Shown here piece by piece: positions 1 through 13,883 of a stretch of DNA of 64,000 bases (position 1 is its first letter; every line of letters starts with the position of its first letter). Both the position numbers and the translations under genes were made by a program. Origin of the DNA: Kondoa subrosea (Eukaryota); NCBI GenBank assembly GCA_039545335.1, contig BCIN01000008.1, positions 631,528 to 695,527 on the forward strand. Reading direction: 5' to 3'. The notes below the pieces were generated by a model that searched no databases, was not told the DNA's origin, and saw nothing but the letters and a program-made list of their open reading frames with translations.

Positions 1-3000
1 AGCTATCAGGAACGATGTCGACTGCAAAACATATTCAGTACTACCCCTGAATTCTGCGGTTGCAGACGTACACTTTGGTGATCTCCAATCTCTGTTGGAG
101 TGGTTGCTGGCGTTAGCGTTGTCTTCAACCACACCGACGATCGAGTTCTTGCTCTCCCAAGCCAAAAGCTTACTGCTGCGATCCTATAGCGAGGCGAAAG
201 TTAGATGACCGACAAACTATGTGGTGAGAGGATTCGTACAGCCGACACTCGCAAATCACCAGTCTTCTTGTCAGTTTCCTATAGGCCAAGCAAAAGAATC
301 AGATTTTGTACATCTGTCATGACCAAAAGAAGCAAACCTTTGCCTTGTGCTCAGCATCTTCCTTGCGACGAGCGAAAGCATCCTTGATCACATCTCTGCG
401 AGAGACATCATCGCGACCAGAAGCATCGTCAAGGCGTTCTTTGATGTCTGAAAGTTGAGCATTGACTTGGTCGAGACCAGATCGGATTCCACCGGCAATA
501 GCAGCTTCGATAGTCTTCTTAACCAGACCAGTAGCAAGAGGGCGAATGACAGAGATGAGGAAACTGTGCTTGGCTTCGCGAACCTTGAATTTAAGAGTAT
601 CGACCTTGACTTTGACCTGTTCATAGGAAGATGACGATCAGCCAAAATTATCCGGATGAATCTCATCAAAGCTCACATCGACAACGTTGAAAGCATGACC
701 TGGGCGTCCGGTTGATTCCAGGTGAATCTCACCAGAAATACCTTGTCCAGCAAGAAGAACATCGGCAATACCAGAGTCTGAAATCTTTGGGAAACCAGTC
801 TTCTTCTTGAAGTAGAAGGGAACGTCACGAATATCAGCTTGAATCTGAGCGAAAGAAATCCAGAAGGAGTGCTTGTTCTTATCTTGAATGTTGCTGTAAG
901 GAGACAACTTGAAGTAGTTCTTAACTTCAAGCTCAATGATGTTGGGCTAAGATATCGATCAGTGAGGACTGATCTAGTAAAATACTTTAAGAAAACGCAC
1001 AAAGATGTTTTGAGATTCAAGGGTTAAGTTCTCAATCACAAGATCGACCATGTTGTCAGTGTATTCAATTCGAGGAATTGGGACATAGCCAACACGTTGG
1101 ATGAGCTGAGGAACAATGACAGTGCGGATGTCGTTCCACAAGTGAGGCTTGATGGTGAGTTGGCCATCTCCGTCAAGAGCAAGACCCTTGAACAAACGCT
1201 TGAAGTCTTCACCGAGCTGAACGTTGAGTGGATCATCAGCATAAGCTTGGAAGAAGTCTTGCACAGAGTTGGTGAAAGCTTCTCGGTGACCGCGGTATCT
1301 TTCGTTGAAGAAACCTTTGCCGTTTTCACGCAGACGGCGACCTTCGCGATCGCACTCATCTTGCATAACGTAACCAGGTTCAGCAACGACATTGCGAACG
1401 TAAGTGTTGAGTTCACGGAACCAAGCCCTACTCGCCATGTCAGCGAATGAACATCTTTAAAGGGTTTGCACTCACTTGAGGTCAGGGTCATTGCGAGAGT
1501 CTTCGTAGATGTCATTGACGGAATCGAAAATGGGTTGCATAGACTGGTTGTTGGCAAAACGTTCAAGAAGAGTTCTCAAGTTTTGCTCAGCTTTGGTGTA
1601 AGCGGGATCGTCGCGAACGGCTTGCACGTGACCAGCAGATTGACCAGTGACGTCTTTAGCCGCACCATGGTAGTTTTCAGCTCGGTCGAGAAAGAAGTCA
1701 ACGGCTTCTTGGTAATCTTGGTGACGTTGTTGTTCAACAAGAACCTTCTTCAATCGATAGATGAATCGGTTGCGACGTTCTTCAGGGAACTTCTCCTTCA
1801 TGTAGTTCTACAAGAATAGCACTAAAGTTAGCAAAACTCTACTACCACTCTACTGAACACAACTGACCTTTGTGCGATCACGAGTTTCGCGAGCTCTGTC
1901 CTTGTGTTCTTGAGGAATCTTCTCCCTGGCCTGGTTCATCTTGTCCTTGATTGTGCCCTTGGCCTGTTCCTTCTTCTCGTCCTTGATTTGACGACCTTCG
2001 CGTTGAGCAGCTTCACGTTCTTCGCGAGAAGGACCGTCAGTGTTGTCACCTGGAGCATTAGCAGTAGCGCTTTGCATGCGATCCCGAGTTTCTTGACCGT
2101 GTTGCTGAGCTTGGTTTTGAGCTTCATTAGCTTGCTCGCGAGCTTTGTCTTTGAGTTCGTCCTTCTTGTTGATGGCTTGGTCGCGCTTTTCAGCCAGACC
2201 GGTGTCTGGTGCGCTATCGTTTGGACCACGAGTTTCGCCATCTTTGGCAACCCATTGGCTGATCAAACGGATGTCAGGAAGGCACTAAAGGTCATAGCGA
2301 GTAACCTACTTGTCTGGTGCAGGTTCATCAGCTCTGCGAAGAGCTTCTTCATCAGGACGAGCTTTCTCGGCGGCTTTCTCGGCGGCGTCAGCGGCAACAT
2401 CACGAGCCAAAAGACCAACATCTGGATGCAGAAAAATCAGGAGATAGACTTCCAAAGAGGAGATTGAACTCACCCTTGAGAAGCTTGCGGACTTCAGAGT
2501 TGGTGAAAATGAGCTGCACTTCTTTTGAGCGGCAATCAATGACTTAAGCGAAGACTACTCACTTTACCAAGAGTCTTCAAGTGAACAGCGGCTTGACGGC
2601 CATCTTCTTTCGCGTCTTCTTTGGCAACTGGGACACCTACACCGGTTCCACCGGCGGAGCTGGCAGGGTTGACTTTGGCCTGCGCAAAATTCAGATTGGA
2701 AACAGAAACATTGCTATGCAAACTCACATTGTCAACTTGACGAGTTTCCCAAAGGAAGTTCTGGAAAAGTTCATCCTCGTTCTTCTCCATGACCACTATA
2801 AGGAGAGTCAGTGTGCTTTGGGACCGCGAAAGGCAAACTTACTCCTGCGAGCGGTTTCAATGATGGATTGAACATCCTCGATCAGTTCTCGGCCTTCGGA
2901 AGAAAGCTTCTTCTCTTGCACAGGTGAATGATGAAGAGTGTATTGCTGCAAGAGAGGATGAGACGGAGCAGGAAACCACAAAAACAGAAGGCATACCAGA

Positions 3001-3288
3001 GTTTCGTCCTAACAAGCCAATTACAGATCATCAATCCGTAGCAAGCTATGCCACCACTGGAGACATACAATCTGCTTGTTACTTGGGTAGCATCCCTCAC
3101 GGAAACCTTGCAAAACACCATAGGCTTGCATTTTGCGTTCGATGTCCGCTTGTTTTGCCTTGGGATCAACGGGACTGCAATTCATTTCAGCTGAATCCTA
3201 CGGCTGGGCAAGAGACTTACGCTGTGACGCCCATGGATCCAGGGTGCGACGAAACGTCTTTGTGCGCTTGAGGTAGACCTCCAGTCAT
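1..3288 (-). CDS. DUF5923/DUF4449-family fungal protein, multi-exon, 3' end runs off the window
   Basis: Spliced exons read MTGGLPQAH...KMQAYGVLQGFREGCYPSNKQI...EKNEDELFQNFLW...VGYVPIPRIEYTDNMVDLVIENLTLE, typical of this family. Canonical introns link the ORFs at 974-2796. Confidence 0.75.
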
Positions 3289-3680
3289 TCTCGATTATAT
3301 ATGTGTTTAAAGGTAGCTGTAAGGGGAGGCCAATAGTATGGCTGTAGAGAGAGTTCGAACAAAAAGTTGGAACTCGGTTACGGGAAGAGAGGCTGGAAGC
3401 GAAAATCACACAAAACGCCGAATCTGGATTTCTTGAACAACGTCATTCAAAAGATGCATTGTTCGCTCATCGAAGGTTCTTTGCGCTGGCGAAGAGCCTA
3501 AATGAGTCCTATTGTTTCGCATAACGCTCCTTGCGTGCTCCCTGCCGCTCAGCTACCAGAAACGCATCGTTTTTTGTCGGACACCGAACGATCGCCGGTT
3601 CGCATATCGAGAGTGCCCAAACTGTATTCTGCTAGTCAGTTGAATTCAGGACTTGCACAGACAATCTCGAGTACTCACTC

Positions 3681-5651
3681 TCATTCTCTGTCTTTGACTT
3701 GCCTCTCGATCCACCTCACAAGAGCAGGCAAACTTTTGCCAATCTTCAGAACTTGATGAGCTTTCTCCTCTAATCCTTCTTTCCTGAGACCCTCAATCTT
3801 GACTTTCAACGTAGAGCTTTCTATTCGGATGATGACGAGTTGGAGTGAGCCTTCCATTGTAAGAGGGAATAAGACAGCGAGTTGATCTTCCCCTTTTGAT
3901 GATAACCATTGTACATCTACCGGTAGGCTTGTCGCTATTGTCGCTATGCAATGATCAGACTATGCGACAGGCAATTGGAGGGACCTGACCTGTCTTGGCG
4001 GAATCGCTTTCACTACTCATAAGCGCTTCTTTCCGCCTCGTACGAGAATTGAAGGCCGATTTGAAAAGGACATTACTCCTTATTTGAGCAGCTAGGATCT
4101 GCGATGTCATTCTTCAGCCTTGTGCATTGACGGGACAATTGAAAGACTGACCTCGAAAACAGCAGGCAAAATCGACGCCTTTCCAACCGGTATTTGTTTC
4201 AGTAGAAAACCTTGTTGTGTCTTCATCGACCCAACCTTCAGTCTTTGCGTCGATGATGTACCGTCTGGGAAGGTCTGCCGGTACAAGCCATTGATTGAAG
4301 TTATTTGATGAGCGTGTATCGACATACCTGTACATATGCAGTCGAAGAAGAGAACTTCCCAGATGGATCGCTCGGATCCTTCGCACAAGCATGCATCAGA
4401 TGGCTAGCGCTAAACCGGGCACAGTAGCGCACCAGCAAGTCTTCGAGCCAAGTTATCCGGTCATCCATTTGATCTATCGCACCATTCATCTTATCTCCAC
4501 TGGTCTCACTTGATCCATTTATATCACTGGACAGCAAAGCCTGTAACTGCCGCCCAGTCGATTTACTTATTGGTATCGGAGGGTGAAAGTTCAACAGAGA
4601 AGCTCCATTTGATCTGTAAGTAACGATTCAGACGGTAAATTGAGATGGTAAGCCAGAGATCATTCAACTTACTCCTTGATTTCAGGCTCAAGGCTGGCCC
4701 AAATGACATCTGAGTGTCTGAGCAGATTCCGATCGTCGACAGAGCCAAAGTTCCTTGTCCAAGCATCAGGCAAGGAAGAATCAAGGAGAACAGCAGCGGG
4801 TACATTTAGTAAGAAAGAAGCATAGGGGAAGAAGGGACCATTCGAAAACATGATTGGCTGAGAAAATTGTAAGGCTGGATGGACTTCGGACCAAGGACTT
4901 TAAGCAGCAATAAGATGTCATTTAGCGTGTCATATGCGAAAGGAGCACACCTCGCTTCCGTCAACCCAGTCCATACGGTCCGCAGCTCATCAGTCTGTCT
5001 CGACCTGATTTCAAACACATTTATACCTGCACTAGACTGCCGATCCATCTCTGCTACCTCGACCAGCAAGATACTGAAGTGCTGAAGATCTTTGTCTTGC
5101 AATAGAAGCAGCATGAGTGTTGCAAGCTTTTCATCCGTTCCTCCTTCCGCGTTGTACACGAAATGAACTCTTTTCGCTTCCCCTGTCTCATCTACTTCAA
5201 TATCAATGACCATCCTTGAGCTACTAAGAGTGACCAAATTGTCTTCATGTAAGTATTCGAGCTGACATCTCTTGGCGAGCAGCTTCAGAGTCTTTGTCAA
5301 CGGAACAGAGGGATCGAAAGCATAGTAAGGTGTCTGATCTTGAATCATACGAGAAGCTTCGTTTGCACTCGACCGTACAGCAGCGAGAGACAGAAAGGCG
5401 TTGGAATAGTCCCGTAAGGTAGACATTGATTTGCCTAAGTTTGCTGGAGCGCCAGAGGCATTGAGTGATTCATCAAGCGCTGACAGACTAGATTTCATCT
5501 TCTCTAGTTTTCCTGCATAGTCTAGCGCTGGCTGCTCCGGGGAGAACAAGTGCAGATTCGCAGATGACGAGAACTGCGACGGCAGGGTGTCTTTCAGCTC
5601 AGTCAAAGCAGCCAAAATAGATGTGCTCGAAACAAGGGTATCTATGTCCAT
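3681..5651 (-). CDS. MED1: Mediator subunit Med1-like protein, multi-exon
   Basis: ORF 4806-5855 (probable start MDIDTL at 5651) contains LKLLAKRCQLE...TLSSSRMVIDIEVD...AEMDRQSSAGINVF. Downstream exons read NFHPPIPIS, GFLLKQIPV...AVFE|ILAAQIRSNVLF and LPALVRWIER*. These resemble fungal Med1. Confidence 0.6.
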
Positions 5652-6216
5652 GTTGGGGTATTTGTACTGGCCGCCCAAAGCATGCTGCAAATTACAAGAG
5701 GGAGGAATATTACTAAGCAGAAACAAGGTGGAAATCATGCGGGATTTCATAGGAAGCCGCAGCAACAACTCATGGAGCCGCATAGCACGATTAATGCAAG
5801 TGTAGCCTCCTCTTTCGCTCAAATTGTAATATACAGAGGCTGAAATAGAGGCCAATAATTAGCCGGTGAATGGTACATCCCAACGAATGCCTGACAGACA
5901 GGTAAGGCGTGGGTCTGCCTCACGTTTCGGAACGCCAGCTCACAGGAAGTCAGAAGACTAAAATTTCAACAGAACGAAGCGAGATCGGCGTTACTATGAT
6001 ATTGGTCAGTCCGACTGGCTCTCGTGCTGTGCAGATGACTTACCTGCACCCCACCTTTCACAATTTGCTGCCTATGATGTCCGTTTCCTTCTTTCACCAT
6101 AACATCTCGTCTTATGTCCAGCTTTCCAGTCTTCTCGCTGACACGACCTTGAACAGTACAGCAACGTGACAGCTAGAAGACGTTGAGCTAATGCCAGGTA
6201 ATTCGCGATGCGAAGT

Positions 6217-7236
6217 CTACCTGGAACAACACATGAAGTTCTCATGCAAAACCGATTTTGCTGCCCTCGACTCCAATGTGTAGTACCTGAAGCAATTCAA
6301 GCATACGTGTTCCAGACTTCTCTTGGAAAGCTTGAACAATGACAGGCTTTCTTGTACAGCATTGAAGCGATCCTCAGCTTTGTCAGCTTGCGCGACATGG
6401 TTGGAGTACTGGATCAGCTCAGCCTCACTTGCGATGACAGGTAAGGGTATTGCAAAGATGGGACCGAACAGCAAAAGGAAGACAATGGCTTGAAGATATA
6501 CTTTGCCTAATTTCGTTTCGACCTCTTGTCGAGCTTCCAACTTGGGCAGAATTTTCGCCAGCAGTCCTTCCCAATTATTGTCCTCTTGCATTCGAGCCCG
6601 CTTGACGATGCTATCGCACACATCGCGGCGTTTGTTAAGCAGAAGTGCAAGACTTGCTAAGAGGTCCATTATGAGAGCTACGAAGAACACAGGTGGATCT
6701 GGTTGATGCACCATTTGGTCCAGGTAGAAAGAAAGCGCCAACAGAGAGTGATCGATTGCGAAATAGGACACAATCACCGCGTCTTGATCTTCAAAAGCCT
6801 TCAAGTGATTGCTACCTGGCAGTAACCAAGCCATATATTGGATCTTAGCGAAGGCGCTGTTGATATCAATGATGTCTTCAGCCTTGGCTGGACCCAAACC
6901 CTTTACAAAACCAATTACTTTCTCCGCCTCTTCTGAACAGATACGTCGATGTATCATATTTTGCACCGCATCCAATTCCAAAGGATCCCTCGAGATGAAT
7001 GTGTCAGTTTCAGGCCAGCAAGAATCTTTTATGAGTATCGGCCAATTGACCTCTGCCATTGCTTGTAAATAGCCCTTCAATAGGGCAGGGAATGCCGAAG
7101 GCAGAGCAGGGGGAAGACACTGAGGAAAGGACGCTTTGACCTTTGTCAAAGCTGCGCTGGTGCTTTGTCCTGGACAACGGTCGCTTGAGTGATGACACCA
7201 AGGGCTGTCAATTCCTATTGTGATGGCCTGTTGCAA
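6217..7236 (-). CDS. Orphan ORF (339 aa), 5' region possibly degenerate
   Basis: Long uninterrupted ORF with no recognisable domain. The upstream frame carries in-frame stops at 7246-7248 and 7369-7371. Confidence 0.45.
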   Translation of the reverse strand: MQQAITIGIDSPWCHHSSDRCPGQSTSAALTKVKASFPQCLPPALPSAFPALLKGYLQAMAEVNWPILIKDSCWPETDTFISRDPLELDAVQNMIHRRICSEEAEKVIGFVKGLGPAKAEDIIDINSAFAKIQYMAWLLPGSNHLKAFEDQDAVIVSYFAIDHSLLALSFYLDQMVHQPDPPVFFVALIMDLLASLALLLNKRRDVCDSIVKRARMQEDNNWEGLLAKILPKLEARQEVETKLGKVYLQAIVFLLLFGPIFAIPLPVIASEAELIQYSNHVAQADKAEDRFNAVQESLSLFKLSKRSLEHVCLNCFRYYTLESRAAKSVLHENFMCCSR

Positions 7237-7576
7237 TTGTAGCTGCTAGAATCTTGTTCGCTGTTGAATTGCAAGCTGGCAGCAGAAGTTGCATAACAGT
7301 TTCTCAACAGAGTCAGACTGCGTTATTGTCGTTCTGTGCTGTGCTGCGGCCTTCTCATCCTCATCTTGTCAATTGGCAGCTGGGTCTTCAATAATCTCTA
7401 GAACCAGATATGATATGACAACGGCGGTCTCATGAAGTTCAACTGTGGTGGAAATGACTTGCAGTGACTTGTGACAATCTACTGCCTGCTCTGATCTCTC
7501 TTTTGCCTCTGTTTTTGCTTCGTTATGATATTATACATGAGAAGACATGCTTCACAAATTGCTACATCTCTTTTCA

Positions 7577-8899
7577 CTACAATTTTGCGGTTGCGATACT
7601 CGACAGCCTGTGATCTTCAACTACAAGCCCCTCTTCCAAATCACTTAAACCAGCAACGTTTCTCCTGCAAAGTCCTACCAGAGAGATCGGTTGCACAGGC
7701 ATGACGCCTTTGCCCTCCGTTGCTTGTGCTTGCACATAGGATCGATGCAGACTTTCAGAAGATCCTGCCTCTCCATGTTCTTTATCGCCTGGAAGCACGA
7801 ACGCCAGCAGATCCGATCGACCAGGTATTGGGCGAATAGTCGGTAGATATGGCTTGACGCACAGCATGCTTGAGTACTTACGAACAGAAGCGAGAGTAGG
7901 TAGCCGTATGAGTTGAGCTAATATCCAAGCTAGGAGAAGCAGATTGTTCAGCTCTTGAAAACTTTGACAGACAGTCAAGAGCCAAGTAAAGAGCTGGGCA
8001 CAAACCTTGTGGAGGGAATAAAATGATTTTGTGCTCTTTCAAGCAAAGGTCTAATGCTTTGCGAGGTGAAATCTGCACAACACCGATCAGATGTGCAGCT
8101 AATTGGCTGGCTAGATGACTTACCCATTCTGCTGACATCGTTTCAGACCCATCAGCTGACAACACTGGACAATTCGCCAGATCATCTTTGCTAGTCTGCA
8201 AAACATGAAGGAAGAAATGGGTGTCGAAACGCTTGGCTTGCTTAATGGGCGTGATCCAATTGTTACAACTGTGCAATGTCATTGTAAAGTCAGTAATTCA
8301 GAAGGTGTAGGCGTGAGTGGTAGCTATTGGCTGACTGGAAAACTTCGTTTATAGGCGGTAGCTCTTTCTTCGAAATCGTTTGATAGAGAGCGAGAAAGGA
8401 CTTTGGGTCTTTGTAGACCTGTATAAGAATGCTTTGATTAGCCCGGTATTGTTAGCATTCCCAAAGCACGTACATTAGATCGCGCTTCAGCAAGCTCCTC
8501 ATTGGACAGGACTGATGCTTCATTGGCGTTACTTCGACATAGGATACCCGTCTCTTCGAAAGTCTCGCGCATCGCACATATTTTCAGCGCCAATAGCCTT
8601 TCATCTTGCTTTCCGTCCGAGTTAAGCTGTTTGGCAGCATCTTTATCTGCGTCTGAGATGTTGCCTCCTGGGAAGACTGTCGCGCTTGGTGCCATCGACA
8701 TAGAAGCGTTGCGCTTAATAAGACAGACTCGATATTCAGATCCATCGGAACTTCGCTCGGCAGGCGGTAAGGGAGATAATAAAACTAGACTGATGGATGG
8801 TGTAAGAGACAGCAGTGAGACAGGACACAATGCTAGCCCAGCGTCGCTTTACCTCGCGGAAATGCGGGGGACCGCGCTTGCCTGTTGTTGTTTAGGCAT
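7577..8899 (-). CDS. NUDIX hydrolase (NUDT19-like), multi-exon
   Basis: VCLIKRNASMSMAPSATVFPGG...CAMRETFEETGI Nudix box, NWITPIKQAKRFDTHFF, ILFPPQ. Confidence 0.9.
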
Positions 8900-9577
8900 C
8901 GAAGCGTCGGATGGTACGCTTGCGATGGGGATCAGAGATTGAATGCTGCAGCAGCTTGTGAAATTTGAAAATCGTCTTGGTGTAGATAACCGAGAGAACG
9001 CTATCTTCATGAACAGAGAAGAGAAACCTGGCTGGTATACACGCGCATAACGTCTTCGAGACGCAGCTGACCGTGACGGTCGACTGTTGAGATATAACTT
9101 TGGATTTCGAGGTCAACGTCGGACGTCGACGGCGTGAATGTACTTCATCTTCTATCCAATGCTCTTCTAATCCAGGAGCAGCAGCAGCTGTGACCTGGGA
9201 GCTATGCGAAGCAACTCGTTGTCCTGCACCAACCCACACGATATTCTCCCGATTGCGGTAGCAAGTAGCCTCATCAGCTAGCTAGGTCAAGCATGACGGA
9301 ACCAGGAGCGCGATCGATGGCTTCGAGCCATTAAGTATTTTCATGACTTTGACGCGCAGAATGTAATGCGGAAGCTGCTCTATATCCGCAATTACCAGAT
9401 GTGCTGTTGAGCCTCATCGTATCTCATTTGCATCTCATTCGCAGTGGTGTTCTTTTGTGACTCTTCGCCAGGCGCAAGAATTCATGTTTTTACGGCCTTT
9501 TGTGATTTATCTTCTCGAAATACCTTCCATTTATCCTGTCCTCGTTTCTTCTTTGCTCTCTTCTCTGCAATCTCAAC

Positions 9578-10302
9578 ATGGTTGGGACTATCTACAAGAT
9601 GTTTGAAGAGGAGTTTGGCAGAGGCGACATCACCTTAATCGCTCAATCTTCGTCTACTCGTCAAGAGCCAGATCGATTTGAGTGCCATCGCGAATTCCTG
9701 TAAGCCATGCACATCTATGTCCGATATATTCTTAACGTTTTGATAATAGAGGCGCTAATTCTATGTTCTTCCGCAACATGTTTGCTTCTTGCACCGAATC
9801 GGCGGAAGTACAGATGGCAGAGAGTTCAAACACGTTAAAATCTCTCCTACCTTATCTGTATCCTATCAAACGACCTGCTACGTTCTCGCAACGTGGGGAC
9901 AGCTTGATTCGGGTGTTTGAATCGGCTGACAAATTGGACATCATAAACGCAAAAGATGCCATTCATCTTGATCTACTGCGCTGGTATGAAGGCTATCTTT
10001 TGTTTTGAGTCGTGGGCCTCATTTGCGATATAGGGTCGACACATACGGAGATCTGGCGCAGGCGGCTATGTACGCCTTTGCCATCAAGCACGATCTGAAG
10101 GAGCTTTCCGGAGCAGTCTTACCAAGGGTCGGATCTTATTGTATCAAGTGGGACTTTGGGAAGTACTCTGCTGAAATTGGACCGAAGGCCACGCAAGATT
10201 TGGTAAGTCTGCTTTGCCAAGCTCAGGTTTTCGCTGGGATGTCTCTTATGATCACAGATTGACTACTGGCTCAAGACCGAGAAGCTGCTTATTCAGAAAT
10301 AG
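9578..10302 (+). CDS. BTB/POZ-like small protein, multi-exon
   Basis: GDITLIAQ...FECHREFL|..NSMFFRNMF...MAESSNTLKSLLPYLYP...VFESADKLDI matches the pattern of fungal BTB proteins. Confidence 0.6.
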
Positions 10303-10425
10303 ATGTGCATCGAAAATTCTCGCATCGGCAAGGGTTAGGGCAGAGCTGAATAGCATTACTACGCGCACAGAGATAGACGAAGTTATACATATCGATCTCT
10401 GCTAACTTCGTCCATGTCGACTGTC

Positions 10426-11966
10426 TCACCACTCGCAAATCAACTTCCCAGTATTCTCTGCTGCCTCCATAGCCTTTGTTGCTTGCACGATTTCTTCCGC
10501 TTTATAAACTTTGTGAATGATGAGATCGAGACCTTCGCCAGTTTTATGCGTTCCATCCGATGATCCAATAATGACTGCAATGATACATCAGCGACAGTGA
10601 ATTCTTATCTAGACAGACGTACGAGGTAAAGCATCCCTTTCAAAATTCGCCATCAGATCAACTTGGTAATCCACTGTTCTAGATCGAAGTGTCGTCCCTT
10701 CTATTCTTAATCTCTTGAAAAGAATAGGAGCGAGTTCAGCATTTTCGACTTTCGCTCCACCCATAAGACCTATCAACAATTATCAATCTTTCAATTTCAG
10801 GTCTTACAGATCGAAAAAGAAGAGATTTACCTATCATGATCATCCTGCCATCTCTAGCCAAAGCATTGATGTTCTTTGACCAATAAGAAGCTCCAACGAA
10901 ATCAAGAACCAGATCAACTCCCTTTCCATCAGTCGCATCTAAAACACCTTGACTCCAATCATCTTCTTTATAATTGAAAGCTTTAGTAGCTTTAAGATGT
11001 TCAGTAAGGAAGTTGCATTTCTCTTTCGTTCCTGCTGTAGTAAAGATTTTGGAAGCTTGCCATTTACGAGCGAGTTGAATAGCTGTTCGTTGGTCCAAAC
11101 GCCTCAGCTAGCTTGATAGCTGGAGCAAAAGGGTCACGAACCTGATGTGCCTACTCCTGATGCGCCGGCGTGAACTAGAATGGTTTCGCCTTTTGATAAT
11201 TTGCCGACTGAAATGCCATCAGCGTCGTTCAGAATTTCGCTGTAAACACTCACTTGCGATGGATGTCTGATATGCAGTGAGCCATTGTTCGGGAATAGCT
11301 AAGGTATATTTGAGACATATGTTTTCGAGATGAAGAGGAAGACAGACCAGCAGCTTGAGCCCATGACAAACACTCTGGCTTTGACCAGATCATGCGTGAA
11401 TTTACAGCGACTTTCTGCATGGGACTGTCAGCGCACGAGAAGACTCAACAGACTTCACTTGCCTCTGCATAACATCCGCCGCTGGTACAGCTTCAGCTAA
11501 AGCTACATATTATAGTCGAATGAAACTCACGCAACTAGACCAAAGACTTCATCACCCTTCTTCCACTTGCCATTAGGCGTATCAATGATTCCAGAAAACT
11601 GACATGCCTTAGTTCAGCTAAATGCGAATGCTGAGTAAGAATGACTCTTACTTCTACTCCGAGAATCGGTGAAGCACCAGGAGGTAAAGGATACCCTCCT
11701 TTCTAGTTTTATAACGATACCAATGAGACAAGCTATGTTGGATCAAAGCAGAGAACGAGCTTACCCTCTGCATAAGATCCATTCTGTTCAATCCAAACGC
11801 CTTGACAGAAACGATCACTTCATGATCTTTTGGCGTAGGATCTTGTACTTCAGCGATATGCAGAGATTCTTGAAAGCACACATTAGTGAAAGGCCAGAAA
11901 TAGGTATTGCTGACTTCACTTACCTGCATCGTTCTTGTTCTCTTCCTTTACTTGAACAGCTCGCAT
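10426..11966 (-). CDS. NADPH:quinone oxidoreductase, PIG3/zeta-crystallin (MDR) family, multi-exon
   Basis: MRAVQVK..., VKAFGLNRMDLMQR, ILVHAGASGVG, GKGVDLVLDFVGASYW, ENTGKLIC. Confidence 0.93.
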
Positions 11967-12070
11967 GATCCTCACTAATGCCCTGCTATTATGTGCAAAG
12001 CGGCGAGTAAGATGGGCGGCCAGGATATGCGGTACTTGATGGTTAACAGAAGACAAGCGTCATACGGTAT

Positions 12071-13189
12071 ATGATGAAAGTGGACCAAGCCATACTGAAA
12101 GCTCTCGAGCAAGCAGGAATAGAAGGAGATGTGACAGCAAGTACAAGCATGGGCTCTGCGACTCGCCTGCAGACCGTAAAGGATGACTACTTTCTCAAAC
12201 TCAACAGAGGGTCGGAAGCTTTACAAAAGGCTGAAGCTGAGTTCGTAAGTCTCTATGCATTGCTATTGAACGTATCTGGAAATGAAATCAGCTCTCATTG
12301 AAAGCGATCAATGAAGCTGCACCGAACTTGGCCTCGAAAGCTATAGCTCATGGAATGCTAGCGAACTCTTCTGCTTCCTTCTGTATCTCTGAATATCTGT
12401 CACTTGGTTCTCTGTCAGAAGAGCATCAGATTACTTTAGGTCGCAGGCTTGCTGAGATGCACAAGTCGAACATTTCATCTGGAGTAATCAAGACGTTTGG
12501 CTTCGATGTGGATACTTATTGCGGTGAAACAAGAATGGATAACACGAAAACAGAGTCTTGGGTCGATTTTTATGCGAATCAAAGAATAAGGGATTTGGGT
12601 AGAAGGATCAATCAAGATCAAAAGGATGACGAACTATTACATCTCACTGAACAAGTAGCTACTGAAGTGGTTCCCTTCCTTTGCTCTTCTTCTGAGATCA
12701 AGCCTTCTTTGCTTCATGGGTGAGCCTCGTAACGATATGGACGATGCATTAGCTTATCTGTCTCTAGCGATCTCTGGAGTGGGAACCGAGGGCTAAATAC
12801 CAAAACTGGCGAACCGGTACTATACGATCCATGTTCATATTATGGACATAACGAAGCGGAATTAGGCATGTCAGTTTGCATTCCGTTTTAGTAATCTTGA
12901 CTAAGCTTAACCTCATTCTCCACAGGATGGTAATTCTCATTCAACCCATTATTTCTTCGTGACTGATCCGATTTTGTAGCTCATGTTTGGCGGCTTCTCT
13001 TCAGCGTGCTTTAAAGCTTATCACGCTATGATACCTCGCTTGCAACCACATTACGAACAACGATTACAGCTTTATCTTCTCTTTCATCAATTGAACCATG
13101 CGCTTATGTTTGGTGGGGGAAGCTACAAAAGTTCAGCTATACGCAATATGAAAACGCTATTGAACTTTGTTCGAAAAAGTACGAAATAG
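12071..13189 (+). CDS. FN3K: Fructosamine/ketosamine-3-kinase family protein, multi-exon
   Basis: FGFDVDTYCGET, PSLLHG|DLWSGN, YDPCSYYGHNEAEL, MFGGF, RLQLYLLFHQLNH. Confidence 0.93.
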
Positions 13190-13883
13190 TAAAGGCGTTT
13201 CGGTCGAGCCTGAAGCTTTGGGGATCACAGCGTATGTCTCTGCAACTCACTCAGCTGTATAATTGAGTTAAAAACAGACTCAGTCTCGCTGATATAAAGG
13301 CGTAAAAAATGGGTATGGCTGTCTTTTATGCTTCTCGGGACTCTCCTGATGCTTCACGTACGCAGGAACTCTATGGTGTTTTGTCAGGCCTCCGTGAAGG
13401 CAAATACACATTAAACAAGCAGATTCTAGGCTTCTGGCAGCTGAATCGCTTGGTATATGTCGCTCATGCATTGTCGTTTTGGTCAGGATGAGACTCTAGT
13501 ATGCAATCTGCTTTGTTATTCTGCCTTCCCTTATCAGATTTCGCTAGTCGAGAGATAATTGGGGACAATCTGTCGAACTCAAGCTATACCTCCTGATATT
13601 TTATTGTTGTCTTTCGACTTCTGGATTCGGAGTATTTTCATCTGCAGCAAAGCTAGGGTATCAACACAGGCAGCTCGTCACAAGCTGGACCTGGCATCGC
13701 TGATCAAGCAAATGACGAGCTTGAAACGCCGAGAACTTGGATATCACTCCCGCCTAGTCACTAGCTTCACAAGCTTGTCACGAGAACCGAAGGCACAACA
13801 GAGTGAAATTGTTCTACAAATCTAAAGGAAAAAGCTGTTACAAGAAAATCTCAGGCCATGCAGCAGAAGCGATGCTGAGCCAT

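Noticed and set aside
1097..2871. Long plus-strand ORFs opposite the DUF5923 gene, and similar ORFs elsewhere
   Set aside because: They are antisense shadows of codon-biased real exons and have no independent protein features.
3950..4410. Plus-strand Cys-rich frame with in-frame stops that looked like a pseudogene
   Set aside because: It is the antisense of the spliced MED1 C-terminal exons on the minus strand.
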